Origin: Nitrospirota bacterium
GTDB lineage: Bacteria; Patescibacteriota; Gracilibacteria; UBA1369; LOWO2-01-FULL-3
Assembly: GCA_030598325.1 (NCBI GenBank)
Contig: JAUVQE010000002.1
Location: 1-37,970, forward strand
Length of the DNA: 37,970 nucleotides
Reading direction: 5' to 3'
Shown: positions 6,565 to 14,611 of the stretch, piece after piece
How the letters are laid out: each line of letters starts with the position of its first letter
Position numbering within the stretch: the first letter of the stretch is position 1
Notes under the pieces: model-generated
What the model saw: the letters and a program-made list of their open reading frames with translations, nothing else
Told to the model about the DNA's origin: nothing
Databases searched by the model: none
Program-made: the position numbers and the translations under genes

Positions 6565-7591
6565 AATTTATTTTGTTTTGGAGGAATCGTGTAATCAGTT
6601 GCTCTTCTTTTTCGAGGAATTGTGGCATTTTTGTGCGGTCGCGGTTGAAAGCTTCTGTGACGATTTTTATTCCCGGGAATGTTTTGTGGTCGGGGGGGAG
6701 GAGGGTGAATTCGTTTGGTTTGATGGGGCGGATTTCTCTGTTTGGGGCTTTTCCGATGGCTCTTAAGAGGGCGTTTTCGATATGTTCGCGCATGTCGGGT
6801 TTTGCAATATAGGCTACAGGTTGCGGGTCGTTTTCAAATTCTACAATTCCGTGGATTTGGCATTCAGGATGGATGCGGGTTTCGATTTTTTCCAGGGGAA
6901 GATTGAATAAATAATGAGCTTCGATGATTTCAAGGCCTTTGTTTAATAATGATGCCGATTCTATTGTGATTTTTGGTCCCATTTTCCATTTGGGGTGTAT
7001 GAGGGCTTGTTTTGTTGTGATGTTTGAGAGTTCTTCTTTTGTTTTTCCGAAAAATGGTCCGCCCGAGCAGGGAAGAATTATTTTTTTGATTTTTTTGTTT
7101 GGGTGATTCCGGAGGATTTCATAAATTGCGTTGTGTTCGGAATCGAGAGGAATTAGAACCAAATTTTTTGCGAGTCTCATTACTTCTTCCCCTTCTGCAA
7201 CTAACGACTCTTTGTTCCCAAGAAGAACTGTTTTTCCTGATGATAGAGCGGTTTTTGTGGGGTTTATTCCTGAAGTTCCCGAGAGAACATTGATAATAAT
7301 GTCGGCTTCAGGGAGCTGTGCGAGTTTGTTGAGGGCTTGTTCGCCGTCGCGCGATGCTAAAACGATATTTTCGTTGTCCCGACCCTGCGGGTGCCCGGGA
7401 GTTGACTCTGCGAGCCTTTGTTGCCGCGTTGTATTTTTAATTTCTAACTTTTGAGTCTGTTTTTCTAAAAATTTTCTGTTTGAATTTGCGGAAAGTCCGA
7501 TTACGCAAAAATCGTTTGGATATTTTTTTAAAACCTCTAGGGTTTGTGTCCCCAAAGAGCCTGTTGAACCTAGGATAACAACGTTTTTCAT
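6530..7591 (-). CDS. dxr: 1-deoxy-D-xylulose 5-phosphate reductoisomerase
   Basis: MKNVVILGSTGSLGTQTLEVL (NADPH-binding), LLGNKESLV, PLDSEHNAI, IHPKWKMG. It contains element copy B as a 22-codon insertion. Its 3' end overlaps the convergent receiver gene by 35 nt. Confidence 0.93.
   Translation of the reverse strand: MKNVVILGSTGSLGTQTLEVLKKYPNDFCVIGLSANSNRKFLEKQTQKLEIKNTTRQQRLAESTPGHPQGRDNENIVLASRDGEQALNKLAQLPEADIIINVLSGTSGINPTKTALSSGKTVLLGNKESLVAEGEEVMRLAKNLVLIPLDSEHNAIYEILRNHPNKKIKKIILPCSGGPFFGKTKEELSNITTKQALIHPKWKMGPKITIESASLLNKGLEIIEAHYLFNLPLEKIETRIHPECQIHGIVEFENDPQPVAYIAKPDMREHIENALLRAIGKAPNREIRPIKPNEFTLLPPDHKTFPGIKIVTEAFNRDRTKMPQFLEKEEQLITRFLQNKINFTDFLDLARQL
7376..7416 (-). repeat. GC-rich intragenic element, copy B (inside dxr, in frame)
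   Basis: The reverse complement matches the 41-mer at 40/41 positions (G>A at position 15). It is translated as RLAESTPGHPQGRD. Flank similarity to copies C and D extends to roughly 7367-7438. Confidence 0.9.
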
Positions 7592-7598
7592 AGTTTAA

Positions 7599-7627
7599 AT
7601 TCTTGAGTATTTGAAAGAGTATGTCAA
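7599..7627 (-). promoter_or_regulatory. candidate promoter for dxr (TTGACA-N17-AAGAAT), possibly leaderless
   Basis: On the minus strand, -35 TTGACA at 7627-7622, a 17-nt spacer, and -10 AAGAAT at 7604-7599. The dxr ATG (7591) starts 7 nt after the -10. Confidence 0.35.
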
Positions 7628-7642
7628 GAGAGGGATTTGTTA

Positions 7643-7671
7643 TTGACTTTTGGAAGCTATTTTCGTAATAT
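7643..7671 (+). promoter_or_regulatory. candidate promoter for infC-rpmI-rplT (TTGACT-N17-TAATAT)
   Basis: -35 TTGACT at 7643-7648, a 17-nt spacer, and -10 TAATAT at 7666-7671. A leader of about 50 nt precedes infC. Confidence 0.5.
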
Positions 7672-7722
7672 CCAGAGGCTTTATGCAGGCGTTGAGCCGT
7701 TATTATTTATTAATAAAATTTC

Positions 7723-8235
7723 ATAGCTAAACGATTACGTGTAAATGAGAAAATCAAAGCTCCCACTATTCGTCTGATTGATGATGAAGGGGAACAGCTT
7801 GGAATTATGGCTACGGACAAGGCTTTAGCTCTTGCTCAGGAAAAAGAGTTGGATCTCTGCGAAGTAGCTCCGAATGTAAATCCACCGGTATGTAAGATTA
7901 TGGATTACGGAAAATATCAGTACCATCAGAAAAAAATCGATACCAAACATAGAAAGACCCAGAAAAAAACAGAGGTAAAAGGAGTAAGGATGGGGTTTAA
8001 GACCGGAGAACATGACATGGAGACCAAGGCAAAGCAGGCGAAGAAATTCCTGGAAGTAGGCAACAGCGTAAAAGTTTCATTGATTTTCAGGGGAAGAGAA
8101 GCTATGTATAAAGACCTGGCGAAAGAGAAAATGTTGAAGTTTCAAGAGGGTTTGGAAGAATTTTGTTCGATCGAAACTCCACCCAAGGGTCAGGGAAATA
8201 CATTAATTATGATACTAACACCAAAAAAATCATGA
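7723..8235 (+). CDS. infC: translation initiation factor IF-3 (non-AUG start)
   Basis: The in-frame sequence upstream of the ORF-track ATG (7807) reads IAKRLRVNEKIKAPTIRLIDDEGEQLGI, the conserved IF-3 N-terminal domain. An in-frame TAA lies at 7714-7716, so initiation must fall between 7717 and about 7740. ATA at 7723 is the best candidate. The exact start is uncertain. Confidence 0.85.
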   Translation: MAKRLRVNEKIKAPTIRLIDDEGEQLGIMATDKALALAQEKELDLCEVAPNVNPPVCKIMDYGKYQYHQKKIDTKHRKTQKKTEVKGVRMGFKTGEHDMETKAKQAKKFLEVGNSVKVSLIFRGREAMYKDLAKEKMLKFQEGLEEFCSIETPPKGQGNTLIMILTPKKS

Positions 8236-8492
8236 AGCAGAAAACTCACAGTGGATTAAAAAAACGGGTTAAGGTGAGAAAAAGTGGAACTATAAGTGTT
8301 CAAAAATCCTGCAAAAATCATTTGCTTGATAATAAATCGAAGAGACAAAAGAAATCATTTAAATCAGGAATGCCTGTTGCGAACGGACGAATACAATCTT
8401 TAAGGAGATTGATGCCGGGAAAAATTAGATCGAGAAGAGTCAAAAAAGTTGAAGAGGTCGAAAAGGTTGAAAAGATTGAAGAAGCAAAATAA
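8232..8492 (+). CDS. rpmI: 50S ribosomal protein L35 (with C-terminal acidic extension)
   Basis: MKQKTHSGLKKRVKVRKSGTISVQKSCKNHLL is the L35 signature. ATG 8232 forms an ATGA overlap with the infC stop. The C-terminal tail reads VKKVEEVEKVEKIEEAK. Confidence 0.85.
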   Translation: MKQKTHSGLKKRVKVRKSGTISVQKSCKNHLLDNKSKRQKKSFKSGMPVANGRIQSLRRLMPGKIRSRRVKKVEEVEKVEKIEEAK

Positions 8493-8515
8493 TTAAAAAT
8501 TTAAATTAAAAAATC

Positions 8516-8863
8516 ATGACTAGGGTAAAAAGTGGCGAAAACGCCCACCGTAGGCACCGAAAAGTTGTAAAGGCTGCCAAAGGTTACAGAGGTCTAAGAA
8601 GCAAAACTTTTAAACAGGCCAAAAATGCTGTTATGAAAGCCGGTCAGCACGCTTACGCACATCGTAGGACACGAAAACGTGAATTTAGGCGACTTTGGAT
8701 TACGCGAATAAATGCCGCGTGCAGAGAACACGGAGTTGCTTATAGCCGTTTTGTTGATGGTATGACAAAGAAGGGAATTGAATTGAACCGCAAAATGTTG
8801 TCGGAGTTGGCAGTTCACGAACCCAAGGTTTTTAAAGCGGTGCTTGATGTTGCTATGGGATAG
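8516..8863 (+). CDS. rplT: 50S ribosomal protein L20
   Basis: MTRVKSGENAHRRHRKVVKAAKGYRG...RRLWITRINAA is typical of L20. Confidence 0.95.
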   Translation: MTRVKSGENAHRRHRKVVKAAKGYRGLRSKTFKQAKNAVMKAGQHAYAHRRTRKREFRRLWITRINAACREHGVAYSRFVDGMTKKGIELNRKMLSELAVHEPKVFKAVLDVAMG

Positions 8864-8864
8864 T

Positions 8865-9134
8865 TTATGTAATTTCGAACGAATCAAAATTATCCAGAGG
8901 TTCTCTCCAGGTAATTTCTACGTGTTCCACTTCTGCCGAGGGTGAACCTTCGTGACACCAAGCGATAAAGTCTTCGATTTGGTGTTTTTTCCCCTGTATA
9001 CAGACTACTACGCTACTATCCGGCATGTTTTTGACAAAACCTTTGAGGTTGAGTGCGACGGCTTTTTCTTGTGCGTTATCTCGGAAAAAGACTCCCTGGA
9101 CTCTGCCTGTGATTCTGAGCAAAGCTTCTTCCAT
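8865..9134 (-). CDS. acyP: acylphosphatase
   Basis: ITGRVQGVFFRDNAQEKAVALNLKGFVKNMPDSSVVVCIQG is the acylphosphatase fold signature. The start shares 1 nt with the upstream PPIase stop (TAATG). Confidence 0.85.
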   Translation of the reverse strand: MEEALLRITGRVQGVFFRDNAQEKAVALNLKGFVKNMPDSSVVVCIQGKKHQIEDFIAWCHEGSPSAEVEHVEITWREPLDNFDSFEIT

Positions 9135-9766
9135 TAGAATGTTTCTATTATTGCTTCTTCGAGAACAACGTCTTCTAGTGGCTTATCCATACCATCTTTC
9201 TCGACGTCTGCCATTTTTTCCACTACATCCATTCCTTCGTATATGTATCCGAAAATTGCGTGCGCTCCGTTGAGCCACGGAGTTCCCGCGCTGGCTTGGA
9301 CAATGAAAAATTGGCTTCCTCCTGTGTTTGGGCCGGCGTTTGCCATAGAAACTGCGCCGTATTTGTGTTCCAGTCCTTCACCGAATTCATCTGTCAGGTA
9401 GGTGTCCGGCCCTTTATAGCTGTGGCCGCCGGTCCCGTTGCTGTTTTCAAAATCGCCGCCTTGAATCATGAAATTATCGATGATTCTGTGGAAAATTGTG
9501 TCGTTGTACTTGCCTTCATTGCTTAATTCTATGAAGTTTTTTGTTGTTTCCGGGGCCTGTTCTGTGTAGAGAAGCATTTTGATTTCTCCCAGGTTGGTTT
9601 TTAATGTCGCGATTGTGTCGCCTTTTTCGGGAGTTAATTTCATTTCGGTTTGGGTTAAAGGTTTGTCTTCCGGCTGATCGGTTGTTTGTTCGGTGTCAGT
9701 GTCTTTTACACACCCGCTTGTAAGCAATGTGAAGATGAGTGTGGTTGTCAGTAGTGTTTTTTTCAT
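9134..9766 (-). CDS. peptidyl-prolyl cis-trans isomerase, cyclophilin type, lipoprotein
   Basis: Signal peptide plus lipobox (LLTSGC). Cyclophilin motifs FHRIIDNFMIQGGD and SMANAGPNTGGSQFFI. Confidence 0.9.
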   Translation of the reverse strand: MKKTLLTTTLIFTLLTSGCVKDTDTEQTTDQPEDKPLTQTEMKLTPEKGDTIATLKTNLGEIKMLLYTEQAPETTKNFIELSNEGKYNDTIFHRIIDNFMIQGGDFENSNGTGGHSYKGPDTYLTDEFGEGLEHKYGAVSMANAGPNTGGSQFFIVQASAGTPWLNGAHAIFGYIYEGMDVVEKMADVEKDGMDKPLEDVVLEEAIIETF

Positions 9767-9853
9767 GAGTGCTTTGGTTATAATTGCGAAAGCATTTTAG
9801 CAGTGGTAGACTGCTACGGCAACGGTTTTAAGGGCAAAATGTAAAATCACAAA

Positions 9854-10756
9854 ATGAAGTATAATTGGTCTATTATTGGCCACGAGAAGCAGTTAAAGCA
9901 AATTGAGGCGGATGTTTCTTCCGGAAATTTGGCGCATGCTTATCTTTTGGCCGGACCAAATAGTGTTGGAAAGCATACTGTCAGCCGTAAACTTGCGGGG
10001 ATTTTACAGTGTGAAAATAATTTTTGCCATAAATGTAAAACCTGTATCCAGATTCAGCAGGGAAATCATATTGATACCGTGGAATTACGCGATAACAAAG
10101 AATCCATCAAGCTTGGTGACGTAAAAAAATTAGTTGAGCGCGCTATGATGACCGGCCAGTCGCGGTATAAAATTTTTCTTATTCAAAGTGTTGAGAGAAT
10201 GACTGTCGAGGCTACAAATAGTTTTTTAAAAATTCTTGAAGAACCTCCCGCGGGGACTGTTTTTATTCTTACCACCAATAATATCCGTGGGCTTTTGCCT
10301 ACTCTTGTTTCCAGAGTGCGAGTGATAAAATTCAGCAGTGTCTCAGCAACGTATCTGGCCGACAAACTGAAAGAGCTTTATCCTGACAGATCCGACGCAA
10401 CCATTCGTCAGGCTAGCCTGCTTTCTTTGGGGAAAACCGGCAAGGCTATACATCTGATGGAAAATCCGGATTCTCTTGCGAATTATTTAAAAGTTTACAA
10501 TGATGTTCAGAATTTTCTTCGGATAAAGAATCGCGTTGATAGATTTTCTTATGTGGAAGATATTGCCGCTGATCAGCGGCAGGTTGATGTTTTTCTGAAT
10601 ATTTTGACTCATGTTTTGCGGAGCAAGGTTTTGGAAGGGGACGGGAATACTGAAAAACATGTAAAAACTCTTTCAAAAATCGAGGAAGCTGGTATGTTTT
10701 TGAAGAAAAATATAAATGTTAGACTTGTTTTGGAAAATTTAATGCTTTCCCTATAA
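9854..10756 (+). CDS. holB: DNA polymerase III subunit delta'
   Basis: HAYLLAGPNSVGKHT (P-loop-like), Cys cluster CHKCKTCIQI, FLIQSVERMTVEATNSFLKILEEPP, LPTLVSR. Confidence 0.85.
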   Translation: MKYNWSIIGHEKQLKQIEADVSSGNLAHAYLLAGPNSVGKHTVSRKLAGILQCENNFCHKCKTCIQIQQGNHIDTVELRDNKESIKLGDVKKLVERAMMTGQSRYKIFLIQSVERMTVEATNSFLKILEEPPAGTVFILTTNNIRGLLPTLVSRVRVIKFSSVSATYLADKLKELYPDRSDATIRQASLLSLGKTGKAIHLMENPDSLANYLKVYNDVQNFLRIKNRVDRFSYVEDIAADQRQVDVFLNILTHVLRSKVLEGDGNTEKHVKTLSKIEEAGMFLKKNINVRLVLENLMLSL

Positions 10757-10759
10757 ATT

Positions 10760-11614
10760 ATGGCAACTAAAGTAGTCGGTATAGATTGTGCTTATTCTTC
10801 TTCTGTCGTGGAGATACCTTTTTCAGAAAAGAGTGAGGTTGAAGCGGGGGAAAAGGTAATTTTTAAGGACGAGGAGGGAAAAGAAGAATATGGAGTTGTG
10901 AAATATGTAAATCAAGACCCTTTGGATGCCGATAAAATTCTTTTTTTGTCGAAGATTTTAAGAAAAGCCACCGCAAACGACCTGCAGAAGGAGGAAAGTC
11001 ATCTGGAACAGGTTGATCGGGCTATTACTCTTTGTAAGAAGTTGGTGCAAGAATTAAATCTTGAAATGAATATTTTTCGAGTTGGTTATTCTTTTGACGG
11101 AAGTAAAGTGCATTTTACTTTTACCGCTGATGAGAGGGTTGATTTTCGGGATCTTGTGAAAGAATTAGCAAAAAATCTTAAAAAACAAATTCATTTAAGA
11201 CAAATTGGCCCGCGCGATAAAGCAAAGATTGTCGGTGGTTATGGTAGGTGCGGAAGATCTCTTTGCTGTAATACTTTTTTGGGAAAATTGGTGAGTATAA
11301 ACATGGAAATGGTTAGGGAACAAGGTCTTGAGAGTAAAGGAAGTTCGAAGCTTTCCGGGGCTTGCGGAAAGTTATTGTGTTGTTTGAGATATGAGGTGGA
11401 GGCTTATAAAGAACTTCGAAAACATCTTCCTTCTGTTGGAAGTCTTGTTCGATTGAAAGAGTCTCCGTCCGCGTCAAAAGATGGACTTGTCGTTGCACTT
11501 GATGTTCTAAATCAAAAAGCCAGAGTCCAGCTTGGAGAAAAAGAGGATGCTATTGTTGTTGGTCCTTCCGGTATTGATAAAATCATCAAAGAACCTGAAT
11601 TAAATAAATCATAA
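10760..11614 (+). CDS. PSP1 domain protein (YaaT/RicT-like)
   Basis: PSP1 C-terminal signature FTADERVDFRDLVKELAKNLKKQIHLRQIGPRDKAKIVGGYGRCGRSLCC...CGKLLCCL. It follows holB, which is the conserved holB-yaaT arrangement. Confidence 0.85.
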   Translation: MATKVVGIDCAYSSSVVEIPFSEKSEVEAGEKVIFKDEEGKEEYGVVKYVNQDPLDADKILFLSKILRKATANDLQKEESHLEQVDRAITLCKKLVQELNLEMNIFRVGYSFDGSKVHFTFTADERVDFRDLVKELAKNLKKQIHLRQIGPRDKAKIVGGYGRCGRSLCCNTFLGKLVSINMEMVREQGLESKGSSKLSGACGKLLCCLRYEVEAYKELRKHLPSVGSLVRLKESPSASKDGLVVALDVLNQKARVQLGEKEDAIVVGPSGIDKIIKEPELNKS

Positions 11615-11623
11615 GTATTAGTT

Positions 11624-12388
11624 ATGTGGACATACCTCGCAATTCTTTTTAGTTTATTGGTTCTTGTCTCCGTGTTTGGAAGAAGAATTTATTTGTATGT
11701 AAGACAACAGAGTGGTCTTAAAAAAGTAGATGTTGATAAGGCAAACGAGAAGGTTGTCGCGGGGGACGAAGAGGTTAGGGAAGGCACAAAAGAGCTTTCA
11801 AAATCTGACGAAAAAGATGTGGCTGAACTTTGTAAGAGCGCGCAGTCCGCTTTGAGAGTTGGGAAGGAAGACGAAGCTATTAAGTTTTTTGTGCAGGCGT
11901 TGGCTGTTGACGAACTACATGTCGAGACCCAACATAAATTGGCCATGTTGTATATGAAAAAGAAAATGTTTAGCGCGGCTGCCGCGTTATTTAAGAGCCT
12001 GGGCGATATAACGGGTGAAGCGGTTCATTATAGCCATCAGGGGCTTGCTTTGTTTCAGCAAAATTTGTTTGAAGAGGCAAAAAATGCGTATCAAAAAGCT
12101 GTTGATCTGGATCCGTCCCGTCCCCAAAGGTTTGTCAGCCTGGCTCAAGTTTACAGATCTTTAGGACGGTTGAACAACGCTGTTGTCGCTTTGAATAAGG
12201 CTCTTGAGATAGAGGCGGAAAACCTGGATTTCCTGTTTTTGCTGATTGATGTTCAGGCGGAGCTTGGAAATTATAATGAAGCTTTGGAAATTGTCGGGAA
12301 GGTTTTGGAAATCGATCCGAAGAACGAAGAGGCTAAAAGCTATGTAAAAACTTTGAAAGCGGAGAGGGAAAATAAAAAAACGGTTTAG
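11624..12388 (+). CDS. membrane-anchored TPR repeat protein
   Basis: N-terminal TM helix (WTYLAILFSLLVLVSVF), then 34-aa TPR-like repeats (A..Y.KA..LDP..., ALEI.P.N). Confidence 0.8.
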   Translation: MWTYLAILFSLLVLVSVFGRRIYLYVRQQSGLKKVDVDKANEKVVAGDEEVREGTKELSKSDEKDVAELCKSAQSALRVGKEDEAIKFFVQALAVDELHVETQHKLAMLYMKKKMFSAAAALFKSLGDITGEAVHYSHQGLALFQQNLFEEAKNAYQKAVDLDPSRPQRFVSLAQVYRSLGRLNNAVVALNKALEIEAENLDFLFLLIDVQAELGNYNEALEIVGKVLEIDPKNEEAKSYVKTLKAERENKKTV

Positions 12389-12393
12389 GTTTT

Positions 12394-14187
12394 TTATTCC
12401 ACTCCTGTTCCTACCAAGATTTTTGCGGAGGTTGCGCGGTAGCTAGTGCTGATGGTTTCCGTTGTGAGATCTCCTTCCGCGTTGGTCAGGTGCCTGTACC
12501 ATAAAACGTTGAAGCCGGTGTGGGATTTTTCCACCTGTTTTGTTTGGCCGACCAGAAGTTTTTCCGTTTCTATGTAAACTGTCGGACCTGAGCCGTGATA
12601 ATTTGAAAGGTATGGTCCTTCCATTTCAACAGACCTTCCGTCAGATGTTCCGTAAAATACAAAATAAAGTTCATAATCGTCTTCTGTATAAGCCTGAATG
12701 AGTATGTGGTTTTCTGTGTCATTTACAAACCTGAGGTCGGCTCCTCCAAGGTAAATTGTCGCGTCCATACCATGCCCCATAACCTGTGAATAATAAGAAA
12801 CTGCGTAAGAGTGTTCGTTTCTTTCCACAATCGGAAGTCCCGAAAGCAGAATAGCCCTGTACATTGTTGTGGAGACCTGACAAACACCTCCTCCGTATTC
12901 GGGAATTGTTCCTTCAGGCTTTATTACAAGTTCTTTTCTGTAACCTGTTGTTCCGTCCACTCTTCCAAGATTTGTGTTGAAAGAGAATTCTTCTCCCGGA
13001 GCCACAAGCGTACCGCTGTGTTTTGTCGCCGCGGTTTTTATGTTGTGAATTCTGTTCGCCGGGGAACCGTAATACGAACTATGGCCGGTTCCTATTCTTT
13101 CAACGACCCCAAGAGCCATAAGGTCTTGAGAAATATTGATTTCCGGCTCTATTTCAAGGACCGGAATCGGAACGTCTACAATTTTGTTTTCTACGGCGAG
13201 CTCGATTGCTTTTTTTAAATCCTGTCTTTGAATTTCCAATCCATCATTGCCTTTTCCTTCGATTATCACCTCTTCTTCTTCGTTCATGTAGATGTTTACC
13301 GGGTCGGGAGGTCTATCGAGCCATTTTGAGATTTCTTCGTCAATAAACACGTCCAGAGCTTCCTGGTTGATTTTTATTGCGATTTTCTTTGCGGTTTCCC
13401 CTTTTATAAGCTGTTTTAGTGTTGCTGTTTCTTTTTCTTCAAAAGTTACCCAATCAATGTGGTCAATTAGCCTGACGTACCAGTCGTCGCTGTATATTGG
13501 GTCCAGCAGTGTAAATTCGTGCAAAAGCGCTTCTTCTATTTCCGGGATTTGTTCTTCCAGTTTTTCTTTGGTGATTTCGGGCTCTTTTTCCTCCAGTTCC
13601 AGTGTAATTTTTTGGGGGATGAACTCTTTCGCAGATGATTTTAGACTTTCTATAAGCGTTTTTTGGTTTAATCTTTTCCCGCTTTTGCCCTCCTCTGTCC
13701 GAAGTTCTCCGTTTTCAAAATAAAGTGTTGCTTCTTTTGGTTCCAGTTCTTCCAGCCCAAATGTTTCGTTAATTTTGTTAATTAATTTTTCGTGATCTAT
13801 TTTCGTCAAAACACTTATCGTTGTGGGTTCTTTTTCTTTGTATCTAAATAATTCGAGAAAAGAGGTTTTTGTGGCATCGGTTTCATTTATAATCTGTATC
13901 GTTTCGTCTACCAGAATGTCTACTCCCAGTTCTTCCGGAGTTAGCGGAATTATTAAGTCCCCCAGTTCGATTTCCAACAAAGAGTTTAGGTATTCTTCTC
14001 TGGCTTTTTCCAGAATGATTACTGTTTCTTCCGGAGTTTTGTACGAAACATCTATAGAAGAAATTGTTGTTCCCGGGGGAAATTTTCCGTTGATGGAAAA
14101 TTTTAAGGCAAAAATTCCTATCGTTATTACAACGCCTAAACACAAGCCTATTGCAATTGCGGCCGCAGTTTTTTTAAGTTTAAACAT
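12394..14187 (-). CDS. VanW family protein
   Basis: N-terminal TM helix and the C-terminal VanW signature GGGVCQVSTTMYRAILLSGLPIVERNEHS. Confidence 0.85.
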   Translation of the reverse strand: MFKLKKTAAAIAIGLCLGVVITIGIFALKFSINGKFPPGTTISSIDVSYKTPEETVIILEKAREEYLNSLLEIELGDLIIPLTPEELGVDILVDETIQIINETDATKTSFLELFRYKEKEPTTISVLTKIDHEKLINKINETFGLEELEPKEATLYFENGELRTEEGKSGKRLNQKTLIESLKSSAKEFIPQKITLELEEKEPEITKEKLEEQIPEIEEALLHEFTLLDPIYSDDWYVRLIDHIDWVTFEEKETATLKQLIKGETAKKIAIKINQEALDVFIDEEISKWLDRPPDPVNIYMNEEEEVIIEGKGNDGLEIQRQDLKKAIELAVENKIVDVPIPVLEIEPEINISQDLMALGVVERIGTGHSSYYGSPANRIHNIKTAATKHSGTLVAPGEEFSFNTNLGRVDGTTGYRKELVIKPEGTIPEYGGGVCQVSTTMYRAILLSGLPIVERNEHSYAVSYYSQVMGHGMDATIYLGGADLRFVNDTENHILIQAYTEDDYELYFVFYGTSDGRSVEMEGPYLSNYHGSGPTVYIETEKLLVGQTKQVEKSHTGFNVLWYRHLTNAEGDLTTETISTSYRATSAKILVGTGVE

Positions 14188-14593
14188 GTTCGTGTGGAAT
14201 CTTTTTTTCTATAGGTTCTTCTTTGGTGTCCTCCAGAGGCGGATGTGACAATGTTTTCGTTTCCACTCCTTCGGTGAGTACGGTGCTTGGCTTTGTACTT
14301 GTGTGCGTGTTCGTTGTCCCGACCCTGCGGGTGCCCGGGAGCTGACTCTGCGAGCCTTTATTGTCGTGTGTTGTGTCGTGGTTTTTTCTATATTTATTTT
14401 TCTTTATTCTTTTTATGATTTTTGATCCGCTTGTTTTTGCTTTTTTAGCGGCTTGTGCAAGTTCTTTTCGTGTTTCTTCCCCTTTTTTTGGCGCAATTGA
14501 TGCTCCCATTACAGAACCTATTGCTCCTCCGATTATTGCCCCCATCAGAACTTTGTCCAGGATATTTCTTTTTTTCTTTTTTTCTTCTCCCAT
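14180..14593 (-). CDS. YtxH-like small membrane-associated protein
   Basis: GAIIGGAIGSVMGASIAPKKGEETRKEL is the YtxH/Gly-zipper motif. It carries element copy C. It overlaps the VanW start by 8 nt and follows rny, so an operon is likely. Confidence 0.7.
   Translation of the reverse strand: MGEEKKKKRNILDKVLMGAIIGGAIGSVMGASIAPKKGEETRKELAQAAKKAKTSGSKIIKRIKKNKYRKNHDTTHDNKGSQSQLPGTRRVGTTNTHTSTKPSTVLTEGVETKTLSHPPLEDTKEEPIEKKIPHEHV
14316..14356 (-). repeat. GC-rich intragenic element, copy C (inside ytxH-like gene, in frame)
   Basis: The reverse complement is 41/41 identical to copy A. It is read in the same frame (GSQSQLPGTRRVGT). It shares the flanks TTCGTT...TTT(A/G)TTG(T/C)CG with copy B. Confidence 0.9.
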
Positions 14594-14611
14594 ATGTACA
14601 TATTACCCCTT

